DNA of 58,242 bases, the filler included, from Squatina squatina (lineage: Eukaryota), in assembly GCA_031763465.1 (NCBI GenBank). It is 3 parts of 3 records of this genome, joined end to end, with 100 filler letters (N's around TTAATTAATTAA, not from the genome) between each part and the next. Parts side by side here need not be neighbours in the genome. Positions count along the whole stretch, not along the records: positions 44,957 to 58,242 come from JARFOE010000234.1; 2 more parts are not named here. One strand, 5' to 3'. Every line of letters starts with the position of its first letter. Position 1 is the first letter of the stretch. A program made the translations under genes and the position numbers. A model generated the notes under the pieces. The model did not search any database, was not told the origin of the DNA, and saw only the letters and a list, made by a program, of their open reading frames with translations. Of this stretch, positions 47,883 to 58,242 are shown piece after piece.

Positions 47883-48549
47883 ATAGAATCATAGAATGAT
47901 ACAGCACAGAAAAGGGCTATTCGGCCCATCGTGCCTGTGCCGGCTCTTTGAAAGGACTCTCCAATTAGTCCCACTCCCCTGTTCTTTCCCCATGGCCCTG
48001 TAAATGTTTTCTCGTTCAAGTATTTATCCAGTTCCCTTTTGAAGGTTACTACTGAATCTGCTTCCACCACCCTTTCAGGCAGTGCGTTCCTGATCACAAC
48101 AACTCGCTGCGTAATTTTTTTTCCCCTCATTTCGCTTTTGTTCTTTTAGTTAATCACCTTAAAACTGGTTACCGACCCTTCTGTCGCTAAAATACAGTTT
48201 CTCCTTATTTACTCTATCAAAACCCTTCATGATTTTGAACACCGAGAACAAATCTCCCCTTCACCTTCTCTGCTTCAAGGAGAACAATCCCAACTTCTCT
48301 CGTCTCTCCCACATAACTGAAGTCCCGCATTTGCTATTATTCTCCGGGGTGGCTGTCAGACTCGAGTTTCACTCACTTTGTTTCCCTCTTATCTACACCC
48401 TCTGCTGCATTCTTATAACAGCTCCTCATCATAGAAATTTACAGCACAGAAGGAGGCCATTTGGCCCATCGTGTCCGTGCCGGTCGACAAAGAGCTATCG
48501 AGCCTAATCCCACTTTCCGGCTCTTGGTCCGTAGCCTTGTAGGTTACAG
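47883..48549 (-). mobile_element. CR1 LINE 3' ends (47883-48325 and 48428-48549)
   Basis: ITQRVVVIRNALPERVVEADSVVTFKRELDKYL; atagaatcatagaa tail. Confidence 0.88.
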
Positions 48550-48729
48550 NNNNNNNNNNNNNNNNNNNNNNNNNNNNNNNNNNNNNNNNNNNNNNNNNNN
48601 NNNNNNNNNNNNNNNNNNNNNNNNNNNNNNNNNNNNNNNNNNNNNNNNNTATCCATGGCTGACACACTTCACAGCTCATTATTACAGGCTCAATCACCTT
48701 ATCCACTAAGTAAGTCATAATAGAGCTGA

Positions 48730-48997
48730 ATCTGTGGCCCCTATGGGTGTGTACGAGGTGCGCACATGCCCGTAGGGACCCCGCAAGTTCCGGGTTTAGG
48801 TATGCACTGACACCCGGAACTTGCGATCTGTCAAGAATCCTCTGAAAGAAATGGGACACCATGAGCAGAGAGTTCTGCCCAGCGAATGCCCTTGAAATTC
48901 TTACGCCTGGAGAGGCCCAGATCTCCGAACCTCCCGGACCACCAGGTAAATTCGCAGATTTTTCGCAGGTCGGAGGTATCCGATCGCAATTTCTACC
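48730..48997. mobile_element. Harbinger-like MITE
   Basis: Internal inverted repeat cgcaagttccggg..cccggaacttgcg; ends cgatcgcaatttctacc. Confidence 0.55.
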
Positions 48998-49069
48998 ATA
49001 ACTACTGCAAATCAGAGAAGAATTGCTTGGGGGAGATTTTTGTTTTGTGGTTGACAATCCTATTCCTAC

Positions 49070-49321
49070 CTCCAGTTATAAACATCCCAGGGGCACTGGG
49101 AACCCAGGCCAAACACTGCACTGAAGCTGCAGCGCTGGGGAAGCTGAAGGTTGTAATGCAGGACAGTGACTCCGAATCGACCAGCCGAATTCCATTGTGT
49201 AGATTGGCCACCAGTAGGTAGTCAGTAGAGAGCGGATCCCATTCCAGAGCTGTGATTGGATCCTCTTCATCTGTTCCCTCCAGCGATTCTGGTCTCAGCA
49301 CATGCTTCTGACTCTTGGCAC
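49070..49321 (-). CDS. WDR17: WDR17 exon
   Basis: aaccag|(G)AKSQKHVLRPESLEGTDEEDPITALEWDPLSTDYLLVANLHNGIRLVDSESLSCITTFSFPSAAASVQCLAWVPSAPGMFITG|gtagga. Confidence 0.93.
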
Positions 49322-50493
49322 CTGGTTATCAAGTTCGGGCAGAGAAAAAGTACAGGCTATTATTTCTAAACTAGAAGGAGCAGCATTTGTACAAAACTAA
49401 TCAGCTTGAGGTAAATGTATTCCGCACACAATCTCAATCTCAGAGGAAGTTTTACACTACNNNNNNNNNNNNNNNNNNNNNNNNNNNNNNNNNNNNNNNN
49501 NNNNNNNNNNNNNNNNNNNNNNNNNNNNNNNNNNNNNNNNNNNNNNNNNNNNNNNNNNNNNNNNNNNNNNNNNNNNNNNNNNNNNNNNNNNNNNNNNNNN
49601 NNNNNNNNNNNNNNNNNNNNNNNNNNNNNNNNNNNNNNNNNNNNNNNNNNNNNNNNNNNNNNNNNNNNNNNNNNNNNNNNNNNNNNNNNNNNNNNNNNNN
49701 NNNNNNNNNNNNNNNNNNNNNNNNNNNNNNNNNNNNNNNNNNNNNNNNNNNNNNNNNNNNNNNNNNNNNNNNNNNNNNNNNNNNNNNNNNNNNNNNNNNN
49801 NNNNNNNNNNNNNNNNNNNNNNNNNNNNNNNNNNNNNNNNNNNNNNNNNNNNNNNNNNNNNNNNNNNNNNNNNNNNNNNNNNNNNNNNNNNNNNNNNNNN
49901 NNNNNNNNNNNNNNNNNNNNNNNNNNNNNNNNNNNNNNNNNNNNNNNNNNNNNNNNNNNNNNNNNNNNNNNNNNNNNNNNNNNNNNNNNNNNNNNNNNNN
50001 NNNNNNNNNNNNNNNNNNNNNNNNNNNNNNNNNNNNNNNNNNNNNNNNNNNNNNNNNNNNNNNNNNNNNNNNNNNNNNNNNNNNNNNNNNNNNNNNNNNN
50101 NNNNNNNNNNNNNNNNNNNNNNAGTGGGGAAAAAAAGGGTGAAATTGAGTGAAGTAGGCCTACCACTGCATCACTGCCCTAACTGGGATTGAGCCCCCCA
50201 CCATCCCTGCCAGGACCGCCACCCGCCACATGTAAAATTTTCCTTGTGCTGCTAGTGTTATTACCAGTACCCAGGTCACCATGGCGATGGCAGCAGTAGG
50301 CCCCGGGATTCACGGTTCTGAAGTAACAGGGGATTGTCTATGGATGTAGTTTATATGGACTTCCATAAAAGGAAAATCCGGCCCACTACAATTAATAATA
50401 TAGGTTCATTGCTTCACGACCAAGGTATCTTATAACTACACTAAACTAGCTACATATTGTTGGCTGTATGGCAAAGTAATCACAGAGACCTAC

Positions 50494-50724
50494 CAGGCTG
50501 AAAGATAGACAGGCTCCCATCGGTGTGTCCAAATACCACCTTTCCTTTCTTTCTAGGATGCCACCTGAAAAGGCAGATGTCTGACAGGAAGCTGTGTGCC
50601 TCCTTATGTACTGCTACCCCACAGTCAGGTCCAGAGATAGTCCAGATGTACAGTGGGCCTCGATGAGAGACAAATGCCACCGCTTCACCTGAATTCCAAC
50701 ACCAACTGAGGGAAGCGGGAATCC
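50494..50724 (-). CDS. WDR17: WDR17 exon
   Basis: ctccag|(G)IPASLSWCWNSGEAVAFVSHRGPLYIWTISGPDCGVAVHKEAHSFLSDICLFRWHPRKKGKVVFGHTDGSLSIFQP|gtaggt; phase 1 joins the 49321 exon. Confidence 0.93.
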
Positions 50725-51654
50725 CTGGAGAGAGAGAAAAAACAAGTTAGTCAGAGGGTTAAAATAGATTCATAGAAACCTGCAGCACAGAAGGCCATTC
50801 GGCCCATTGTGCCTGTACTGGCTCTTTGAAAGAGCAGTCATGCTTAGTTCCACATCCCTGCTTTTAGTCTGTAATCCTGTAAATTGATCATCTCAGGTCT
50901 TTGCGAAACCTTGGTTAACGTCACTACACCGCTGCAAAGGGCAGATTATAATGGAACGCGAAATTAAAATGTTAACCTCAAAAACCTCACAGTATTTTCT
51001 CGAAACAGTATTCTGTAACCTGACACTATAACAACATAAATTCAGCCTGTCACTCAGCACTAAGTACAATTAGCGTGNNNNNNNNNNNNNNNNNNNNNNN
51101 NNNNNNNNNNNNNNNNNNNNNNNNNNNNNNNNNNNNNNNNNNNNNNNNNNNNNNNNNNNNNNNNNNNNNNNNNNNNNATAGTAATTAAAATCTTTTAACT
51201 ACAGACAAAACACCAGAAAATGGGACAGAGTCTAATTCCATGTACCACACACTGGGCAAGTCCTCCACTCGCCCAATCTTACATAAAACCATCATGGTAA
51301 AAATCTGGTTTTGAGCCAATTTGAAATCATATTCAATCTACTCTGGACATTTAAAATTCGGCCACACTCTGTTCCAAATCCTGTTGAAGTCTAGCTGTGA
51401 TAATATACTCTGCCAGAACGCCTGACTAGCAGGTGTCTTGAATCCCCACTCTCTAAATACCCCATAGAAATCTCAGGTATTAGACTTGTCAAATTGGACG
51501 AACTCCTCCTCGTTCTCCAGTAGAAAGCTTGGAAAAGTGGAATGCATTTTATATCCTTTGGAGATTTGTGCATTTATTTCTTCCATCCAATCCTGTGGCA
51601 CTGCCCTCACAATCTTCTCATGCAAGATCATAATTGCTTTTTCCTCGTGCTGGC

Positions 51655-52032
51655 AAGGGGTGGGGGATACTCCTCGGGGCAGATCAGCCGCCAGACATCG
51701 GCCGACAATGACGTTGGCTGACGACGAAAGATGACGGCCAACAGCGCAGGCCTCACGCCTTTAAGGGCCGCTGGCAATGACAATACCTGAGGCAGCACCT
51801 CCGCGGTGCATGGTGGTGGGAGGATGGTCGCGGGCAGGTGGAGAGGGATTGGCATGTGATGTTATGATGCTGCCTGCTGGCCCCTGTGCCACTGGCAGCG
51901 GGGCATCTACACCACCAGTGCGCCAGGCCCAATTCCGCAGTTTGAATTTTTAGGCGTCTACGCTGATTGCACACCCAGATTGTGCCACCAATCGGCGCGA
52001 TTTGGGCCTGAGGTTAGACAAATTGGTGCCCC
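51655..52032. mobile_element. Harbinger-like MITE right part
   Basis: Shares ..ggccgacaat..cacgcctttaagggcc.ctggcaa.gaca with 54070-54180; ends caaattggtgcccc. Confidence 0.6.
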
Positions 52033-52942
52033 CTTAACTTTAGGTTACTATTATATCCATCCAAAATCTCCACTGCTCCCCCTTTAATCAGTATAAAGTC
52101 CTTACTCTTTACTAGTATAAAGTCTTTTCTACAGCCCCATTAATTCTTTCTTCTAGGACTTTGACCGTAGCCTGGTTCAGGTGCAGCCCATCCCAGTGGT
52201 AAGGCTCCTTTATGTCCCACTACTGGTGCCAGTGTCCCATCTTGGATCAGCAGCGTTTATAGCCGTGGGTATATTAGACAGCTTCAAGCATTTTATAACA
52301 GGTTGTTGTGCATCAGAATTGTGAATACACAATGAGACACACTTTACGATCGTGAATCCTTCAGGAGAGCTTTGTTTACTGGTGACCCAGTGTGTATCTT
52401 GAAAAGGCTTTTCTTTGCTGAGGACACCGCCTTTTACAATGCGGTTAATTTTCCATTTAAGAGCAACTGATGCCAGAGATAGAGCGAGGAACTAGCCAGA
52501 CAAATAGTGTGGTGTCTTTTAGTGCTGAGAAGATAAAGTCTATGTTTTTTTTTAAAAAGAGGTGGACTGTTCAATTATCCAACCATCTGAGTCCTGTAAT
52601 GGTTGTTAAGTCATCTTCAGTTACAAATGTTCAGCTCCTTGATATCAGATAGTATCAGCATCAACAACAATACAAACACGGAATCATGAACAAAATGCAG
52701 CTCACAATACAAGCACCTCACAAAGCATGCATCCCCCATTGAGGGAATATTGCAATGTTGCTGGAAAGGTTCTGACAGGAATATTGGACCATGTGATGAA
52801 AAAGGACAGGATTGTTTCAGAAAAATTGGAGAACCTGAAGCTCTTAGATAGGAAGAGTCTTGGAATGTATAGATATGAAGATAAAGTGAGACAAGAATAA
52901 AAAATAGATCCCATCTAGCTAGGTCAAATTAAACTTAGAATG

Positions 52943-53300
52943 GTAGAATCATACAGCACAGAAGGAGGCCATTCGGCCGATCATGCCTGTGCCGGCTCTT
53001 TGAAAGAACTATCCAATTAGACCCACTCCCCTGCTCTTTCTCCAGAGACCTTTCCCCTTCAAGTATTTATCCAATTCTCCTCTGAAAGTTACTATTGAAT
53101 CTGATTCCACCACCCTTTCAGGCAGTGCATTCGAGATCACAACAACTCGCAGTGATAAAACAAAATTATCCTCCTCTCACCTCTGGTTCTTTTACCAATT
53201 ATCTCAAAACTGTCTCCTTCTCCCACTGGAAACAGCTTCTCCTCACCGACTCTTACCAAAATCCCTCATGGTTTTGAACACCGCGAACAAATCTCCCTGC
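52943..53300 (-). mobile_element. CR1 LINE 3' end
   Basis: Near copy of 47883-48260. Confidence 0.85.
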
Positions 53301-53856
53301 TCAAAAGTATACTTCTGAAAATTATCTTTATTTGACTCTGGAATAAACTGTTCCAAACACTCCTCCAGGAAGTTCAAGTCTTGCACCAATATCTTGAGCA
53401 TACAGTTTGCACAGTACGTGCTCTCCCATCATTTCTTTTATGGAGGGGTTGATTGCCACTATGGTAATTTATATGCCCAGAGGATGGAGAAAGACAGCAA
53501 TTACACAGCATGAACAAAGCAGCTCCAGCTGTTGTCAATAATGCTCTAATTATTAATCAGCCACTAAATTGGTTATTTAATTCACTATTAAGTGGTTCAG
53601 TATTCATATTCATAGATAACAAAAAGACACAGCCCACAAGGCAGTTGAGTGGCAGTAATTCCTAACAGTGTCTTATATTCTGACAGCCCAATCTTTTATT
53701 TCTTCTTGGGACATGGGTAACACTGGTAATGAAGTATTTATTGCCCATGCCTTGTTGCCTGAGGGTATTCAGAGCCAAGCACATAGTGTGGAACTGGAGT
53801 TGCAGCAAGAAGAACTTCATTGTATCCTGTATTTTGAGACCAAAGGAGAAACAATT

Positions 53857-54333
53857 GGGGCCCCAATTTGGCTGCGTCGAAACCAGCCGCAGCATTCGGG
53901 GCCCCGTAACTGGATCTGCGCCACGTCACCAGCGACGCGCCCTTGGTCTCTTAGAGGCCATTTGGGGCCTGTGTAATTAGCCAGGGATCCAGGGCCCACT
54001 GGGCCACCAGGTCACTGAAAAAATTATTGGGGAAGGTGCCGGCACGCCAGAGAGCGTGCCAGCAAGAGGGCGGGGTCTCCTTGGGGGAGGTCGGCTTCAA
54101 CACATTGGCCGACAATAACGTTTGAAGATGTTGGCCGATGGCGCACACCACACGCCTTTAAGGGCCCCTGGCAACGACAGGGGAAACCTGTCATTTCCAG
54201 CGCCAGTGCCGTCGCGGGGGAGGCTACTTCAAAATCCAGAGTCGCTGCCCGCGCAGCGCACAGGTGGGGTCGCGGGCGGGGCCTGAGGGGTCGGCGCGCG
54301 ACATTATGACGTCGCGCATCCGACGCTGGCGCC
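53857..54333. mobile_element. Harbinger-like MITE left part
   Basis: Begins ggggccccaatttgg; CpG-rich; same family as 51655-52032. Confidence 0.6.
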
Positions 54334-55824
54334 NNNNNNNNNNNNNNNNNNNNNNNNNNNNNNNNNNNNNNNNNNNNNNNNNNNNNNNNNNNNNNNNNNN
54401 NNNNNNNNNNNNNNNNNNNNNNNNNNNNNNNNNCCTCAACTACCCCCACAGGCAGTGCATTCCATGCCCCCACCACTCTCTGGGTAAAGAAGCTGCCCCT
54501 GACATCACCTGATAGCCTACACTAGCTTTTGGAAGTTCAGTCGGGAGAAGGGCGAGTCCTGATAAGGATGTCAATAGTTGTAAAGGGACCTCGGCATTTA
54601 AAACATTTGGAATGGTTCATTTCAGCTGTCCTTAACCATTAAACATAAACCCTTTTCTGAGTGTCTGCACTTTGCGTGTATCCTTTTTAACCCTGTAATC
54701 ACATCTATGCAAGGAATGTTTGAAGCACACACCTCTGCAGTGTTGACTTGATTTTAGAATAAAACAAAACGGAATCCTCTTTCTACCCAAAGCGCTGATT
54801 TCGATCCTCAATTGCACGCAACAGGCGAAAAAGTGTAAAATTGGCTCATCTATTTCCAGATTGTACCGTGTCATTTGCATTCGAAAGCAGACTGCAGAAC
54901 ACTTTCCGAATGATGAGGCACACCATGGTGAAATCTGCACGATCTATTTCCAAAAGAACCCACAGAAACGGGGCTATCCGTGCTCAAGTGGGTGTAGAAT
55001 GGAAATGCAATCTAAACTATGTACCCGTTTTGCAGTGTTAAAACGCACCGTTATAATCCCCTAATCAGTTGGGGAAGTGCCGCTGCTGTGCATTTAACAA
55101 ATGCTGCACACACAAGGGGTTATCCCCCTGACCTGACTGGCAATAGGCATGTTATTTAAATCCAGTGATAGCGTTGACAGACTGATGATGTTCAATTTGG
55201 AGAGGGTTTATAAGCTTGTCAATGGAGATCCGGATTACTTGACACGAGCAGTAGATATCAAATTGCCAACAGATAAAGATAAAAGCTACCCCCTCCCCAC
55301 TCCTACAAGTTCTGTGTTTCTTTTTTAGAAAGAAAGCGCATACACACTCCCTGGTTTTCTCTGGGTGAGAATGAACGGCACAAAAGCCCCCAGGCAATTG
55401 GGCTTTCCCACTGTGGGAAGAAGGGGGAGGTGGGTTGGTGGTCTTTTCTCATGTTAATGGCACACCCCTTTCCAGAAATGCTCTGTGCTTAAAAAGCCTC
55501 CTCATCGCCTAAAGCACCAAAATTCTGCACAAAAACACAATTTGTCGAAATCATTTTCTTCCGCAGGAGCAGATCATTCCGAAGGAAGCATTTTTTTGTG
55601 TGTGTCACAGAAATAGGCACAATTCAAATTTGTCCCTGGATTGAGCAGCCTTGGCCACTTGAATACATGCTTACAGTGGTGCACAATGGCCAGCATTGAG
55701 AAGAAAAATTGATAATCTTCACGGNNNNNNNNNNNNNNNNNNNNNNNNNNNNNNNNNNNNNNNNNNNNNNNNNNNNNNNNNNNNNNNNNNNNNNNNNNNN
55801 NNNNNNNNNNNNNNNNNNNNNNNN

Positions 55825-55970
55825 AATATGACACAATAGGATATGATATTTACAATATGATTGATCTGATACGATACAACAGGTTATAATATGGTATACA
55901 ATGTGATTGATGTGATACAATATGATCTAATATGATTTTTATGATTGATGATATGATATGATTGATATGA
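55825..55970. repeat. Degenerate (ATGAT/ATACA) pentamer microsatellite
   Basis: atatgatatttacaatatgattgatctgatacgatacaa... Confidence 0.7.
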
Positions 55971-56205
55971 AAGCAAAGCAGCAGTGTAAGAATAGTCAAC
56001 TTTTGCAGTACAATGGCAGCTTTATTGTTCAGAATCATTGTAAGGTCCAACGTAGGTGTTTGGAACATCGGAATTTGTACATGAAAAAAGACCACAGTCC
56101 ATCTATTTTGCCTTCTACTATTTGGGCTATGCAAAGTCAGCCACACAAGTTTAGAAACAAGATGAGGTCACATTATTTCTCAACCGCGCCCCTTTGCCTT
56201 TTCAG

Positions 56206-56359
56206 TTCATCATGCTGACCTATATCTTCATGCTGGCATGGCTGGGAGTGACGGCCTTCACCTCGCTGCCTGTCTTCATGTACTTCAACATCTGGACACT
56301 CTGCCAGAACGTCACCATCATGGGGTCCACTGATCTCTGCTTTGATCTCCGTCAGTTTG
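56206..56359 (+). CDS. GPM6A: Neuronal membrane glycoprotein M6a (DM-beta) exon
   Basis: ttttcag|FIMLTYIFMLAWLGVTAFTSLPVFMYFNIWTLCQNVTIMGSTDLCFDLRQF(G)|gtatgt. Confidence 0.96.
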
Positions 56360-56457
56360 GTATGTAACAACTGGAACTGAGCGATGGACTAAAAATATGT
56401 AAGAATGTTTACACTTCAATTTTGAATGTTCAGTATTTCTCTCCTCCTCCCTTCCTG

Positions 56458-56930
56458 AGGCTCAGTGGGGAGCAGTCTCATTTGAGTTAGAAAGTTATGG
56501 GTCCAAGTCCCACTCCAGAGACTTGAGCACAAAATCCAGGCTGACACTCCCAGTGCACTGACTGAGGTGCCATCTTTCAGAAGAGTCATTAAACCGTGAT
56601 CTCGTCTGTCCTCTCAGGTGGACGGAAAAGATCCCATGGCACTATTTCAAAGAAGAACAGGGGAGATTTTCCTAGTGTCCTGGACAATATTTATCCCTCA
56701 ACAAACAGCATTAAAAAACACAGCATGAAAACAGAAAATACTGGAAATACTCAGCAGGTCAGGCAGCATTTCTGGAGAGAGAAACAGTGTTAACATTTCA
56801 GGTCGATGACCTTTCGTCAGAACTGCTGCATTTTTGACATGCAACAGTGACTACACTTCAAAAGTAAAGCAGTTGCAATGTCTAGAAGTCGTGAAAGTTA
56901 CTATATAAATGCAAGTCTTTTTTTCTTTTT
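56458..56930 (+). mobile_element. Deu-domain SINE whose middle is replaced by a Penelope-like fragment (~56725-56823, -)
   Basis: tRNA-like head ggctcagtgg...gggtccaagtcccac, Deu domain start, insert, then SINE 3' tail. Confidence 0.75.
56787..56823 (-). ncRNA. Minimal type I hammerhead-ribozyme-like motif (retroelement-derived)
   Basis: Minus strand gtt-CTGACGA-a-AGGTC-atc-GACCT-GAAA-tgtta-ac. Confidence 0.5.
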
Positions 56931-57170
56931 CTTTTTTCTTTTTATCTTGCTTTCTTTCTTTCCTTCCTAATGTCCCTCATGTTAAAGCAATCAGGTGACT
57001 TGTTGCGAAGCCCCTGTTGATGTTGCTCCACCATTGGTCACCAGGGGGCATACCAGAGCAGTCTGATTCAAGGGGTACCAATCAATGCCTCGCTGAGTGA
57101 AGTGCACTCGGAGCAGCGCCAAGCTTGTGGATTGCTAATGACGGTTGATTAGCAGATGTTTCTGTTTCAG

Positions 57171-57247
57171 GTATTGTGCCTATTCATGAGCAGAAGACGG
57201 TCTGCACCTTGAACGAGAACTTCAGCAAGCTGTGCCAATCCAACGAT
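57171..57247 (+). CDS. GPM6A: GPM6A exon
   Basis: gtttcag|(G)IVPIHEQKTVCTLNENFSKLCQSND|gtaagt. Confidence 0.93.
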
Positions 57248-57476
57248 GTAAGTCCATTAGAGAGTTTACCGTCCGTGGNNNNNNNNNNNNNNNNNNNNNN
57301 NNNNNNNNNNNNNNNNNNNNNNNNNNNNNNNNNNNNNNNNNNNNNNNNNNNNNNNNNNNNNNNNNNNNNNNNNNNNNNACGCACGTATGTGCATCCGTTG
57401 CACTATTTCACTCCTGTTTACTGCCACTGAGCTTGCTTGTTACTAAAGGTCCTCACCCCTGTATTTTACCTTGCAG

Positions 57477-57629
57477 GTTCATTACTTAATGGTGCTGTCT
57501 GCCAACTGGGCCTATGTGAAAGACGCCTGCAGAATGCAAAAGTACGAGGACATCAAATCAAAGGAGGAGCAGGAGCTGCATGACATCCACTCCACCCGCT
57601 CGAAAGAACGGCTAAATGCTTATACATAA
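57477..57629 (+). CDS. GPM6A: GPM6A last coding exon (the preceding TM4 exon presumably lies in gap 57279-57378)
   Basis: ttgcag|VHYLMVLSANWAYVKDACRMQKYEDIKSKEEQELHDIHSTRSKERLNAYT*. Confidence 0.97.
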   Translation, partial: VHYLMVLSANWAYVKDACRMQKYEDIKSKEEQELHDIHSTRSKERLNAYT

Positions 57630-58242
57630 AGAGTCCCGCCCCGTCGCTCGCACCAGTTACTGCTTTGTGTCTGACTAAAGCTTACCAACTGACTCACGAC
57701 CCTGGTTACTGGTTCAGTAAGTTCCTATGTGACCCAACCACGTGTTTTTTTTTAAATGTCATTAAAAATCTGAAGCCTTGTCATTTGGTAAAGTGTTAGC
57801 CCTCGCTTCGCTCACACAAGAGATTTCAATTCGATCGGGTTTTGTGAAAAATAATTTCGGATCAATTTTTTTCCTTTTCTAAAGCGACTTTGGTATTTGT
57901 GATTTTTTTTTTAAACACTCCTTTTATTTTTTACTGATAGGAAATTGGTAACAGGACCATATGTCAAGGGAAAGGGGAGGGGGGAAATTCAAGCTGGGAG
58001 CTCACTGTTGCTGATTTTATTAGACAAAGGCTTGATGCACTCGTATCGAATTCCACTCTCTGTTATTTGAGTTGCTAGCCCATTTACCGCAAATAGGTTA
58101 TCGCCTTGGTTAAAGGGGAGGAACTTGATGCCAGCGTAATAACTGTTCATATTAGACATCGCCTGCAGTCATTTCCAGGCTTACTACTGTTTTCCCTATT
58201 TAAAGTTTTCCTAGGGCAAGATGTTCCTTGTGAACTGATGAA
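57630..58242 (+). other. GPM6A: GPM6A 3'UTR (partial)
   Basis: Non-repetitive sequence with T-rich tracts directly after the stop codon. Confidence 0.7.

Noticed and set aside
50325-50370. CR1 RT snippet (MDVVYMDF) inside a MITE-like end as gene capture
   Set aside because: Only ~40 bp; a filler or decayed insertion is the simpler explanation
54841-55064. Short plus-strand ORFs as GPM6A upstream exons
   Set aside because: No similarity to the M6a N-terminus (GCFECCIKCLGG..) and no matching splice pair

Overview
Eukaryotic, not microbial: this is vertebrate genomic DNA, most likely from a shark. The GPM6A exons read like dogfish proteolipid DM-beta, and the repeats are Deu-domain SINEs, CR1/L2/RTE LINEs, Harbinger and Penelope-like remnants. 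The assembly is very fragmented, with many 100-N gaps. Two artificial N-TTAATTAATTAA-N spacers (26297-26396, ~44857-44955) split the window into three blocks whose adjacency is not biological evidence. Block 1 (1-26296) has PIKFYVE kinase-domain exons (+), four PTH2R exons (-), and the MAP2 start exon plus two symmetric cassette exons (+), matching the human 2q34 gene order. Block 2 (26397-44856) has clean exons I cannot assign to a gene: one on +, and on - two coiled-coil exons and a putative C-terminal exon pair. It also has a purine-rich minisatellite and a ~380-bp palindrome. Block 3 (44956-58242) has four WDR17 exons (-) and three GPM6A exons plus 3'UTR (+). The best second-look items are a minimal hammerhead-ribozyme motif in a Penelope-like remnant, intron-containing Harbinger Myb/SANT genes with a shared promoter and matching MITE termini, MAP2a-type cassette exons, a PTH2R exon with PTH1R/3R-like sequence, and the orphan exons. 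I found no evidence of a wholly new system. All gene calls come from recalled homology, with no database search.
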